A stretch of 64,000 nucleotides of DNA from contig JAYWIR010000061.1 of assembly GCA_036172245.1 (NCBI GenBank), positions 372,001-436,000 on the forward strand. The letters run 5' to 3'. Every line of letters begins with the position of its first letter. The stretch's first letter is position 1. The translations under genes were made by a program, and so were the position numbers. Positions 14,701 to 28,320 of the stretch are shown here, one piece after another. Origin of the DNA: Raillietiella orientalis. Its lineage: Eukaryota. The notes under the pieces are model-generated. The model was given only the letters and a program-made list of their open reading frames with translations, did not search any database and was not told the origin of the DNA.

Positions 14701-15219
14701 TACTGGAGCCATGTTGAAAGTTGTTGAAGTGTCGTTGAAGTGTTTTTTGTTTTTGAAGTGTGCTTCCACTTTAGTGGACTGGGTTCCAGATTGATATGAG
14801 GTATTCATCACTTGAGCAAGTTATTTAAGTACATTATTTACTCAGTTAGTTTATTTTGGAAATATTCATTAATGCCCGAGCCAAATTTTTGATTTGTTAA
14901 GAATTCCTGAATTTCCATCAATAGGTTTGGTTTTACAGAGTGAGTCGGTGAATATCTCAAAAACTGTGGAAAATGCTAAAGGATCAACAATCTAGTCAAC
15001 GTGAATAGAGAATGAATTCCATAAAATTAAGACTTTCATAAGAGAAAAGGCTTTTATTTTTAAAATGCATGCTTTATCGGTCATTTCATTCTATTCGTAT
15101 CATCAATAAATAGTGAAACAACGGATACAGAAATTGAGAAATATCGAGAAATTGAATTCTCAATACTTTCTCAGTTAGAGGCGACTCCGAACGATGTGTT
15201 TCATAATCCTTCAAGGCAA

Positions 15220-15292
15220 ACTTTATTCTTAAAAACTTTTATCAACACCTGAATTGCGACTCGGGAAGGAAAAAGTTAGGGGAGAGTGCTGG
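15220..15292 (+). repeat. Short interspersed repeat, copy 2
   Basis: Same two blocks, same order and similar spacing as 12026-12100. Confidence 0.7.
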
Positions 15293-17399
15293 GGAAAACG
15301 TGCGTTAGAGGAAGTATGCCTTTAAAAACTGAAGTGCACCAAGAAAAAAACTTTAAAAGATCCCCGAAAAGAAAGGAAAAATGAGAGAAACTGGATCTGG
15401 AATCAAAATTTTGACAGCTTGAATGCTGCAAGAAATTTTAATTAGCGTACAGTTACATAGGAAAATTCATTACGCTGTAAGAAAGTTTGATTACGTACAT
15501 ATGTATGTATACTCATACCTTCAGATTCAAATTTAAGTCACATCGTACTGATATTCAAATAAGAACTACTGAAGTTTCTGGAAAGTACTCATCAGAAATG
15601 TATTGAATACTTTATACTTGGTTATGCCAAGAACTCAATCATAATTAAAAAATACCCTGAATCCTAATAATTGAAGAATAAACCAGAACTTAAAACAACA
15701 CTGGACATAATGATTAATTTAAGAAAAAGTGAATCAATAAGAATGGATTAGTTTAGAATAGATGTCCTTTTTGGACAATATTGCTTTCAATTAAAGCAGG
15801 CAGCCGAGGAATCGGGGCACGCATCGATTACAAGAGCAGATGAAGATATGTACTGTTAAATAATGCAGAATTTCTCTATTTATTGAAAATATTTCAACCT
15901 GTGGAGAGTAAAGCGCCGGAGGTAGCTTCATCAGGAGCGTAAAACGAATCGGTTTTTCAGTTACACTAGAGCAATACAGTGAAAACGGTTCTTTACTTCG
16001 GGATTTGTTACATTATCTGGAATTACAGCTTTGGGAAACCTTACTTCTGAAAGCTTTTTCGTTACACGTTATTTGGCCGTTCCATTATGCATACACAATA
16101 ATTCAAATCATATAAGCTACATTTGTCAGTAGGGTATGTCTTGAATAAATTTTTTTACAGGAGTTATTAGTTGGTTGACTTCAGAATAAAAGCTATGAAA
16201 TTACTTTCCTGCGACTTATGGTGCAGAATGGAATAGTTAATTTGTTAATCACAATTATTTTATTTTTCTTTACAACTGGGAAATTTATTCGTAAGATTTC
16301 GACTCTAAAATATGTAAAACATGAGTCCATACGTCATTTTTCATTACTTTTCGTAAGATAAAAAAGCAGCTGAAGAATTTTCATTATAGCATGCATTTTG
16401 TTTTGGGCTCATGAACTCGTTGGACAAAAGGATTTTCTGAAATCTTTCTGAGGATGCTTTTTTTTGTAATTAAATCAAGGTTAAGCTTTTCAAGTTCATA
16501 TATGTTCCTAGAAAGGAATTTGAACATTGTGTGCATTTTTGCCATCTGCAGGAATTTAGAAAAATTTCAGTTTTAGACTGTATGATAAATGAAAAAGAAA
16601 TGCCTTTTCCATACATTATTTTACGAGTTATGAGCAGTTATGAGTTTTTTTTTGAGCAGCAATTGGTCCATCCGTCCAGTCTTCATGCAACGGAATAAGG
16701 ATGGAATAGGATCATTCTGTTCGCATAATTATCCATCAAAAACTAAGCCATGTTTTTATCTGCATTTTTCGGCTGTCAGGTTCAAGAAATTTAGTCCGTA
16801 CTCGACAAAAATTTAAATGAAGTTATTCTATGAACTTGTAATTCTAATAGAAATGAATTTATGTATACACATGTTTTATCTATGCATACAAAGGATTATT
16901 ATCTGTCTATGCAAAATATTATTTATATGTATATGCACATACCGAAAACTAAGAATAATCTCTTATTTGAGGTTTCCACGAGGTTACTGCAAAAAAGTAT
17001 AATTCGTTTCTGGATGTGTGTGTATGTGTGTTTTTTTTTTTCGAAGTTCCAATTCATTATTTTTGAAACCCAGTAATGAAACATTTACATTCTACATGGC
17101 AATACTTTGAATCTCACAAATTTTGAATTAAACATGAAAATTTCAAGATCGGAATGCTATGGATTTCGACGTTTTCGAGAAGATAAATTAGAAAATGAAA
17201 GCTTTTTATGAGCTTATTATTCTCTGTTTTTGATCTGTTTTCTAAAGGATTGGAAAAATGGTTCTTTAATTTTTGTACATGGCATTATTTGCAACACTTT
17301 CACTTGTGGAAGGCAAGTTGAACTATTTATCCCAAATTAAGTCCTTCGCATAACTGATTTTCAGTTTCAAATTCTCACAATACCTAAAGATAAATAAAT

Positions 17400-20300
17400 A
17401 AGAATTGCAGCACTTTTGCGAATTTACTTTTACATACAATATTACTTAAAAGTAAAAAAGGGTCTCAAGATACAGATATCTCATGCTATCAATGATGCTA
17501 TCTTTTAACTGTCCATATTTCTGATCCAACTTGTCATTTGAGGTAAAACCTAATTGCAAGTCGGATATGTATCCGAACAAAGAAACCAGATTATCCCTAA
17601 CGGTTCGCCTGATATACAGATTACATAGGAATTTGTAGAGATCCTATTTGAGGAGTTTTAAAGTCACCAGCTGGATTTGAATTCTATGGAGCTACATTTT
17701 TCTGTAGGAAAAAAACCTTGGCAAACTCCCCTGGAGATATGATGCTCTGTAAAATTCTTCTGAATCGTGATTAATTGGATCTGCTTAACTCCTTAATCGA
17801 AATCCCGATTGATTTCATGAAGATCGATAGTAAAAAGACCAAAAAAAAAATGAAGAACAAATGGTATTCTAGGAGTTTATTCAATCAGACTAAGTCTTCT
17901 TTGGATTGTAATGATCTACGAACAACTAAAGAAAACATTTGTGTAACGGTAATTTGTTCAGAGTACAAATCATCCAATTCTTTTAACTGAAATATACAAT
18001 CAAAAAACATCACAACTGAACAACACTTGAACAACACGAAATCTGAGATTATGACAAATAAAATTCCTCTTTGTCATTTCTTCGAAATAGATCTCTCTTT
18101 CTATAGCATTCTTAATAAATAATTACTAAAGTTTTTGGAAAGACTCTTTGCATGGAAGTCTTCATTTCGATATTCTAGATATTCTAATGAATAAAAGATT
18201 TATTTTTTATGTTTATTAATTAACAGCCATTTTCCTAGTAAATGGCTCAGATTACGCTCATAATAGTTGACATTACGTAAGATGAAGCACCAATTACTTA
18301 GAAATTAATAATATACTGGTAAATTTCAGTATTTGATTTACATAAGACATAAGATTGTGATATCTAACCTAATATTTAGTAAATGTCATATAACCAGGAA
18401 TGAAGCTGCAAATAAAGCTTTCCGACCCATAGATCATGACCGCAACTAATTCTGTTTCTTCGGAGGTTAATAGATACCGAATCATTAATAAACCATCCTT
18501 AACTCCAGTAAATATTTTCATTTCTACGAGTTTGGAAATTATGACTGTAATTTCATTAGCATTTGATTATTATTGAGTTTGAAAGAAGAAATTATTAGGA
18601 TTCAGTTCTTTCGTCCTGTTCTAATTCTCAATTCGCTAGGATGAAGCTGCAAATTGACTTCAGATGACATAAATAAAAAAAAAAAAAAAAAAGGCAAGGG
18701 ACACCTTGCAATTTCTTATTTTGGTGAGGAAACGTATTTGGTGATTTAATTAAATTTGTCAAAGACCAAAAAAAAAAAAAAAGGAATCCACTAAAGAATA
18801 ATGGACTCTTCAGATGATCAACTGTGAATGCGAGGGAAGTAGAATTTAGAAATTTGTGGATGATTGCATCTAAACTACGAAATCATGTTCTCAGCAATGT
18901 TTCCCTACAAACGAAAAATTTAGCGTAGTTCACTGGGTCTTGAGATATCAGTGCAGTAACATAAGAGGACTCATTAATTTTTTTCAATTTCTGTTTGCAT
19001 GAGAACATTTCTGCCATGAATCTTAGGCAATGTCACGAAAGAGCAAAGGGAAAGAAGGAAATGCTTATCAGAGAGTTATTTCTTATGTATTGGTTAAAGG
19101 TGCAGAAAACGATGTAAAAGAACATGTATTTGGCATTTTCAGTATTTTTAAATAATTGAAGATTGTCAACACAAGAAAGATGAAGTTCCGTTATTAGATG
19201 TTGCTATTTACTGGAGTTATAGAAACAAAAGAGACATGAATCCACTTCTTCTTTCCAATAAATTTTATTTTGAATTTTTTTCTTATCTGAAGTCGATAAC
19301 AATTCGAAATCTCTACTTTTGTCTCATGCCAAAAGTCGTTTCCAAATAAAGATGTACTGTAAAATAAGATGAAATAAAAACAAAGGAATAGAAATGATAG
19401 TCAAATGGATCCTGCCGAAAGCATCATAAACAAATTGATTCAGAATAGCTTTTGGAATGCCACAACGAGAAGCAGGGTGTACAGCAAAAAACAATTCTTT
19501 GGTACGCAAGCAGTTTCGAACCAGAATGCGTCAGGAACGAGAGAGAGTAAAAGTTTGTTAAAGTAATTAGCAGTCATTTCTCGACGAGTTTCCATGCCTA
19601 GAGTAAACGGCAGTAGATAAATGGCTTCAAAAACTCGAAAAAAATCCGCTTTATTAATGAGGTCATTATACAAAGATTTTAAAATGCACATTAGAGTATC
19701 TAAAATGTAACGCACAGAAGTACAGAAAGTATTGGTGTATGTTTGAATGCCTTCCCGAAAGAGATCTGAAATCATCGCAAAACTTTTAGGGCCAATGTAG
19801 TAGGTATGACTGTTCTCAATTCTTGAACGAATTTGGAAACATATGAGGGATACGGATGAGCGAATAAAACCTACTAATGCTATACTAATACTATTTATGT
19901 CTCATAGTACAAATCGAAATGTAACAGTGCTTTAATCATTTACTAATAGACAGTTAATCCAGGGTGGATAGCTTAAATTAAATTGTACTCTGGTCCCTTT
20001 TTTTTTTTTATTTCGTAATTACTTCAGCACAGTTTCAAAAAGAATTATTAGGCAGTCCAGTGATGTTAATACTGCATGCAAAATAGTAAATCATTTGAAA
20101 ATTAAATAAACTATGAGTTTCTGAGAGACAGTTTGAAGATCGCCGTAGCTGAAAAGCGATTGTTCCAAATAGAAGTAAATGATGGAACAAATTTTGTATA
20201 ATGAAATTCAGTTTTAAAAAATACGCAACTGGGTCTAGCAAAGAAGATTTCGAGTTTGCATACAAGCAATAAAGTGCATGAATTATTTTGTAATAGACCA

Positions 20301-22200
20301 AATGCGGCGAAAACCTTTGAATATGAAACAGTAGATTTGTTTATGATAATTATTCAGCAATACTGAGTCTAGAAAAACAGCTGTAGCTCAGAAAGGAGTG
20401 AAAGATTATATATATGTATATGTATAGGAAGAGCAATAAAAGCATATGGAAGCGGTGAATCCAACTGTGAGAACATGCAAATTTTTCGCGTTAATTGCAC
20501 ACAATGGTATATTAAATTAAGGTGCTTCAATGAGACCTTCTAGTGCCCCGACAAGTCCAATCATCGTGAAATCATAGTAGTAGTTTCCACCTTTAGTTAA
20601 AGAAGCTTTGATTACTCTCAAGGGAGGGGGAGGTGAGTTGACCCCATGTACAAAATTTCAACAATAGCACGCCAACAATGGCAAGAAATGACGTATCGTA
20701 CTTTGTGAATGCGAGCCCCATTTCTTTAGGTTTCAGGCAGAGTGCATTCCAAAGAATACATTTCCTTTGTAAGCAATCGTGATGTATTCTTCTGCAAATT
20801 AGGAAGCATGATGGTAGAAATATAATCATTTAGGCCGTTCAGATAAGTCATTAATTGTTCCTTATTGCTCAAGGATAAAAAAGATGTTTAATTGGTTGCA
20901 AGTAAAGAATTTGGCGAGATAAATGAGAAACTGCATTTGATGTTTGAGAGAAGACATGATTTTCCAGGTACACACTGAGCAGATAATATCATTTGGGATT
21001 GTGTCGTATCCAATCTGAAATGATATTCAAAAATGTGGTGCTTTATTCAGGGAAACGGAAACAATCAAACCTATTACTAATTCGGTAAACGAAAGCTGAG
21101 GATTGACAAATGCAAATGTGGCCATCCAAACACTGAAGTTCAAATAACCGCACTAATAGTAGGTTTATGAATACACAAAAGCGTAGAAAAGTAAAGAAGA
21201 AGAAGAAAAAAAAGCATCCTTGAGAAGCTAAAGGTAGAAGGGTAAGTAAAAAATCTTACTGGAAATAGTTTCTCGAAAATTTCAAAATAAGCATGGAAAG
21301 ATGTGGTGAAATTCAAATACAGGAGAACAACGATGAATATCAAACAACAAAAGTGGGCATTCTGGTTCCAAAATAACAAACGACTTTATATGGAATGATT
21401 GGAAAGTTTGTAGACAAGTTCGAATATAAAAGAGGAACGAATACAATTAAAAAAGGAATAATTTGTTGATACCAGCACTTTTTTAAAAAAAAAGATATTC
21501 CGAGATTCCTGATGGCCTGAAATGAAAGAAAAAAAAAAAAAAAAAATGATGAAACTCTAGGCCCAAATCAATCCGTTACATTAAAGCATGGATACAAACT
21601 TTCGTAATTTATAATTGAATCCATCAGGAGTTTTATATCTGAGTTACCATGAGCAACATATTTCATTTCTTAAATTGCAACCTAGAGAATACGATCAAAG
21701 AACGGAAGCATCAAAACGAGTGCTTTCTTTTCTTCAGAAACTCAGAAAGATGTAATTCCATGATTGCTTCGAAGCTACTCGATGCTTCAAATGACACTGT
21801 CACATCACGAATAATTAGATGGAATTGAATATTTTTAAATTATACTGGATGAAAACCTCCGAGATTTCTTTAATTCTGATTCTCCTGTCTTAAATTTCCA
21901 ATTAGATCATTCCTTCATACGTTGCATGGATGGAATGCTTTCGTTCTGCAGATGATTGAAATCTGACAACTTTTCACGGTTAAGGCGTCATTTGAAGAAT
22001 CTGTTAAGATTATTGAGCTGAACGATCTTTCTAGGATGCAGTATTCAGCTTTCTATATTAGAAAGCGAGTTTATAACTTGTATGATATTAAAGATATGAC
22101 CAGCCATCCTCCATACGAATAAAATGAGCATCAAGATAGAAAAGATTCAACTGAATCCATAGTGTAGATAAATTTATCTGTCCAAAGCATGAATATTATC
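17400..22200 (+). pseudogene. Decayed ORF remnant(s), possibly the same family as 7500-14700 but on the opposite strand (boundaries approximate)
   Basis: A-rich coding-like plus strand with weak motif remnants: LQVG (~17554), GIEMIV (19385-19402), ECIPKNT (~20740-20760), CMDGMLSFC (21923-21949). Confidence 0.25.
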
Positions 22201-22699
22201 TATACCTTAAAGAGGTAACGTTAAAATTTTGCATGTGCTTGTTGAAAAAAATGGCCAACAGTTTTGGACTCGAATGCAGTTTGGTTTCAAATGCTCGTTA
22301 TTTTTTCTGTGGCAATAATTTTACGAATTTCAGTAAATTAATGAAGCGCTAATGGAGAGGAAAAGATCGAGAAAGTTTTCTAATTTCAGTGGTGAACGAA
22401 AAGTGTGTGGAAATAGCGTGCTCTTTGACATCGTGCGCTGTCATGATTTTTTTCTTTTTTTGCCATGTACACTTGAATTTATAATTCATCTATGAACCCA
22501 AATAATCCAACTATGCATTCAAAATCCAGAAATCATATTAAAATTTTTGGATTGAAAGGCTTCCTATACTAGTTTTTTATCTTAGAGTGTCTTTGATTTT
22601 ATAATGACTCTTTTATTCCCCTCTAAAACCAGTTTTTCCAGCTTAGGACTAGGGTTTATGTCATACTTGAAGTATTAAGAAACGAAAGCGAATGCAATA

Positions 22700-23300
22700 T
22701 CATTAACCAATATGCTAATAGTATTACTGATAAAGTTTGCGACTCAGTTGAAAAAACTTTATCAAAGAAGAGACGGAATTTCAACCGGAATCGCCTGTAA
22801 TTCTACGAGGCAGTCAGAACATGACATCAAACCAGAACACTTCATAATTTCAGTTCACAGAAGGTGTGTTTCTACTTTTTTTTTCCTGCTAATTTATGTA
22901 TCCATATGCTCATGATGAACTGAATTTATAAAATACACAATAAAGAAACTAGTAATTTCACACACATGATGGCAAGCATTGTGGTTTTTAGCCGAGAACC
23001 CAAAGATGAGCTGAAAAGCTTCAGTAATCATCTCGTTTACTTCAGCGAGAAAAGAAACTTCAAGCGAGCATCAGTACATGGGATGGAAGTAGGATTTTTG
23101 TTAAGCATTTATCACAACTGTGGATTAAAATATTACACCCGGTCAGTGCATTGGTCTGAGTCAATTCTTGGAAAGTACCTGAATGGAGATAAAGAGCTTC
23201 AGATAGATCTTGTGTATGTATGATGAAGAACTATCACAGCTGCTAATGATGTCTTTTTTCGGTCCACGAGCGAGAGACCTCAATTCAAATCAAAAATAAA
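22700..23300 (+). mobile_element. Possible Penelope-like element remnant (GIY-YIG C-terminal region)
   Basis: ORF 22966..23223 contains NHLVYF and ends ESILGKYLNGDKELQIDLVY, resembling the H...E.I....LN.D.G end of Penelope GIY-YIG domains. Very degenerate. Confidence 0.25.
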
Positions 23301-26300
23301 GATTCGATGAATGATATATTAATGCCGGCGGCATACTTTAGAAAAAATTCACATTTTCGAAAACCTATTGAAAAAAAGGAGCTCAAGGAAAATTAAGCTT
23401 CGCGAGATCAGAAATGTCCGTATTCTTCGTTGGGGAAATAATCCCTCGAGAAACATAAGAAATCTTCGCATTAATTCTTTATATGCTGCTGAATGCTGAA
23501 AATATGATTCGGGCAATAGATTCACAAAAAAGTAAAATGAATTTCTTCTGTTCCCTGGGAAATGCACACTGATCTGAATGAAAAACAACAACCACATCCT
23601 CTTAGGGAATCTGCGTGTCAAATATTTTTTCATTACCCACGCTCAATGGAAAGAAGGAGAAAGAAAATACGAATGTATACTCTATAACGAAGTCTATTTA
23701 ACAGCATAACTTGGTCACATTGTTAAATATTATTGTCTAAAGGAAATTGCAAGCACTTTCATGCCGATGTGATCGAACAAGGTGAAGTCAGAGCTGAGAC
23801 GGAACAAAAAGGAAATATTGACGGTGAGAAACACCCCACACAAACAGAAAAATCTAATTGGAAAACTGAGGATGTCTGGAATGAAGCCCAATTTTACGGG
23901 ATTAGAAGTTTTGTACTCTTGAAGACGAATTCGAAAACGAAAATTATGATTTGTTGTTGTTTTTTATTTATCTAACAATCCAAAACCGGATGCAATCTGT
24001 AATAGACACAGACATCTAGTTTATCTGATACTGCTTACTATTTGCTTATATTGGTGATAATTATTGTTGTAAAATTGTTTTGCTTAAGAACTTCCCGACT
24101 TTTTCAAGTTTGCATTTTGTTGATGGCGCTGAAAAAGCAATACCATGAGTAAAAGTCTATGACCGTTTCTAATTTTGCAGTCAATAACTGTGAGAACCAA
24201 AAAGGAAAAAGGAGGCTTGGCTTCCTTTGCAATAAAAATCGAAGACGCATTTTTTCCTGGACTCGTTAGCATTGCAAATATATTGGACAGAGTCTGAGTT
24301 TGCAGTCAGTGCAGATGATGATAAATGGTAGCATGGATGTGAAAATCTGAGTTCACAAAACAAATTCCTGTAGCATGCTTGAGATATTAACATAATGTGA
24401 CTATCGCATCCTGCTTTGCTTATTGTCTAGATGTCATATGGTTATCTTATGTAAGAAGTGGAGTTGAAAAAAGGCATCTTTACGTTCTATCAATCGCATG
24501 AACGGCAACTGCTGCATCAAAGTAAAATCCCATGAGCCAATTGAATGAAAAATTTTCATTCAGCAGTTTCTTTGAAAACGTGTACTTATGTGCAAGAAAA
24601 TGAAGTGAAAATATTCCTTCACTCTTACCATTTATGTATCTGGATAAGTTAGTCACGAATGATTTTCATAATTGAAATCCTCATTTTACAGACATTTTTA
24701 CTAAGATAAATAGATGTTATATACCTGTAACATATCGAAAAATATATAATAGAATTTCTTTCGGTATCATCTCAAAATATCCCAAAGGTCCATCTATCAG
24801 TAGTTTAGATTTTTTACAGTAATATTCTTTCAATTCTAGTCTGTAAGATCTACGGACACTGATTGAAACTTTCACAGCATTCATTACTACCTAGAAAAAT
24901 TCAAGGAATGATTAGCTGAAATGATGTTGTCCTTTCAAGTAGTTAACTGAATAATTAATTCATAATTCTTGGAAACGTAAAAGGAAATCCACATAAGAAA
25001 CTATGTAGCACCTTGGTTTCATTAGAATGCTGAGTGAATTGCTACGAGGTAACAACATATTAAAAAGGGTAATCAGTCAGCATTCTTAGCGGCTGTATAT
25101 CGGTCAGAACCATTTAGGTACAAAAGTTCACTGCAATGAAGAAACACATCGATTATCACAAAAATAATTAGACACATGGAAAATCGACTGTGGCTAATCG
25201 GACCGGAAGACCACGATGGCGTCCATGCCTTCGTGACAAACACTGTATTGCCAGCGCCGCTTATCGTAGGCCTAAAGGCCTCTCTCTCCATGCTGAAGGG
25301 ATCGATAATCCACCCCCAAGACGACGTGCAACCACGGTGCCCTGCCCGGCCTGGAGGACCAAGCAGATTCGCCCCGGCTAACAAACATGGCGCTTAAAAA
25401 TGGCCGCCGCGAGATATGTGTGTTTTTTTTTTTTTTTTCTTTCATATTTGTCTATTGGATCGAATATGCGGAGCAATTTCTCTACAAAGCGTCCACCGTA
25501 TATCCGAACTTTTGGAGCGTCAATGGCTGTAATCACCTTCTCATGTCATATCACAACCATGCTCAAAAGGGTCACCAGATATCTTACTGAAAGTGCCCCA
25601 GAGCATGTGGGAACTCTGCACAGGTTCAAGTATGAAGGCAAACGAAATACTTGTGGAAACTAAAAAAAACTTTGTGTGGTATTTAGAGTATTCCACGAAT
25701 ACTTTAAATTGGAATTGCCAATAAATCAAAGTGTAGCAACATAGGAGAGCTTTGAAAAATTTTAGCCTTGTAATGTAGTCTGCCTTTGCACGAAAAAAAA
25801 ATACTCATAATTAAAAAATTCTAGATTCTCCATCTTCACTCACTGAGATTTTTTTTTTCGCATAATTGCTATACGCTGAAATTGTCAAAAGGGATCTTAT
25901 GCTAACGAAACACACATCTTGAAGGACATTTTTTTTTTGTTTATGAATCACCTAAAACTCACGTACAATATTACTTTGAAAAAAAGAAAAAAAAATCAAC
26001 TCATATTAAAATAACGAAGCAATAAAAGAACAATTTACTCCTAACGCGACCCTGTTTGGTATAGTTCCTAGGATCCGGGAATAAGTGAAATAAATGGGAA
26101 TAGTGTGGGCTCATCTCAAGGAAGGAGAGGTGCAGCAGAATCATATCACTGTCATTAGCTCACAGCCCAGAAACGGAGGAATCTGACCGTATCTTCTCAT
26201 CCCTCATTTCAAGTGCTGCTCTGTACGTAGATAAGCATTGAGGTTTTCCTCTTCATCCGCAAAACCTTAAAAACAATTCTCAGACGCCTCACTTAACATA

Positions 26301-27359
26301 TATGTTTCTGCTCAATCCATCATGCTATTCTTCCTTTTGATTTGGGTTTCTTAGCTGCCATCCAATCTCAATGAAGCATGCACTGTGCATTTTGCACAAT
26401 AGATATTACCAAGTTTGGAGAACGAGTGTATGCTTTTAGTGAATCCACCGTTGTAATTCCGTTTCTAGGGACTTATAAATAGTGTTTATCAAGTCCGACC
26501 TCACGGTTTTTTTTTCGAGTACCTGGTTTCCAGACGTGTAGTTTTTCCCCCCAAAAGGACATTCTTCTCAGCGATTTTACCAGCAAAGTGCGATCGAATT
26601 CCCAGAAGAGACGATGCAGACGACCTGCTCCAAAACCAAAGACCGATTTTGAGAAAAATGGGAATTAAGCTTCAAGAACTTTAAACAACTGCCTCTTTCA
26701 GAGGACTACTTGAAAAAACAAAGAGGAAAGGAAATTAGAAATCCGTAATGAAAGAGATATCCGTTAGAGAGATCTTGTGTTACGACTGTAACCACAATTT
26801 CAAGAAGAGTGCATTGCACCGCAGGTTTCAGTATTTTCTTGTTTAGGATCTCTTCAGCACTCGGTGATCCTGCAACTACGTGGTCTTGAGACCCCAGCAT
26901 CTGCAGAATCACTGTGAAATGGTAGCACAAAATAATGCACGTGGGTGCATTATTTGGGGGAAGCAGAACTCACGAAATCAACGAAAGCACCCTGTGAGAG
27001 TGTTCCAGAAGTTCCGAGAATGATTCGATTGAGAGAGTGTTTACCGGTCGAAGTACAACACAATTCCTCATCTATTCCACACATTTCCGCTTTTCCTGCT
27101 CTACAGATGTCTTCCTTGATGTCTTGGTTCGTGTTCCTATTGTTATAGCAAGCATCTCCTTGCTGCTTTCAGAGGCAGCCTCTGTATTCATGAGTTTATC
27201 CTCTTGTTTAAAATGAATACTCCTGAACTAACTTCTTGGGTATGCAGTAAGTGATATTCCTGGTGAGCCTCATCATAAAGAAGTCCTGGGACAAGCATAT
27301 GTATGGCTGTCTCAGGTATCTTGTTTACCAGAATCCATTTGGCAATCCTGGTTTCACAC

Positions 27360-28320
27360 CCGGGTGCACTGGGCCGTTTATTTTCTAAATAAACATGCAT
27401 GTGTAATGCCATAGGCCCCTACAACGTCCGAAAACAAACGTGGAACTTGCCAAGTGACCGGCACGCAGGCCGGCGAGGATTGACTCGGAGCAGAGGGGGA
27501 GGGGACAAACAAAAACAAAAAAAAGAAAACACTATTTACAAAATCAGGGGGGAGGGGGCGGGGAAGGGATCACTTTCCTCTGGGGGTCGTCCTCTACATC
27601 CTTTCCAGGATGTCGACAAGTTCCATCTGGATACGTCCCAGACGGGGCCATCCGGCTGCCATCCTCAGGAAGCGCAGGGAGAAGCAGATGGCGTTCCTCT
27701 CGTTCTATCCTCCTTTCGCGTTGCTCCAGTCCTCCAGAATCCCACGTACGCAGCAAAGGGCTGCTAGGGTTGCGGCAGGCGAAAGGGTGTCGCGCACAAA
27801 GAGGCTCTTGAACACGTCTCTGAGAGCGTTCGAGGGTGCACCTAGGGCCGTTGCGAAATGCAACCATAGGGACCGGAGGGCAACACAGTCAAGAGGCAGG
27901 TGCAGGAGGGATTCTCGTTCCCCGCACCTGACACAGTTCGGGTTCACAGCCCCCAACGTCCAGTGAGATCGGCGGGCGTTGCTGGGGAGTCCCCAGTGCA
28001 ACAGCAGAAACGCCGACTCCTGCCATTTCAGGGGGAGGGCCCGGGTATTCCTCAGCACTGGGGGCCACTCGAGTACATTCAGCGGGATGCTCAGCATCTC
28101 GCCCCAGCGCAATAGTCCTTTCGGTGGTGCATTTGGGGTCGCAGCGTCAGTCAGCTGGCCCGTGGTCCAACCACCTTGTTCCTTCTCTTTCTGGGAGATT
28201 CCACATCGGACCTCCCATTTGGCCGGCTGGCCACTGCCTAAGTGCTCCTGAGGTAGGGCAGAGCTGCGGCTAGGGAGGTCTTCTCGGCCCACGCACGCGA
28301 GGCGCGCTGCACGATCACGT
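27360..28320 (-). mobile_element. 5'-truncated L1/Tx1-like non-LTR retrotransposon (ORF2 C-terminal zinc-binding region plus 3' UTR)
   Basis: ORF 27705..28367 has LLLHWGLPSNARRSHW...NPNCVRCGERESLLHLPLDCVALRSLW, a CCHC zf-RVT pattern. A T-rich 3' UTR follows, with AATAAA at 27377-27382 (minus). GC-rich island in AT-rich DNA. Confidence 0.8.
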
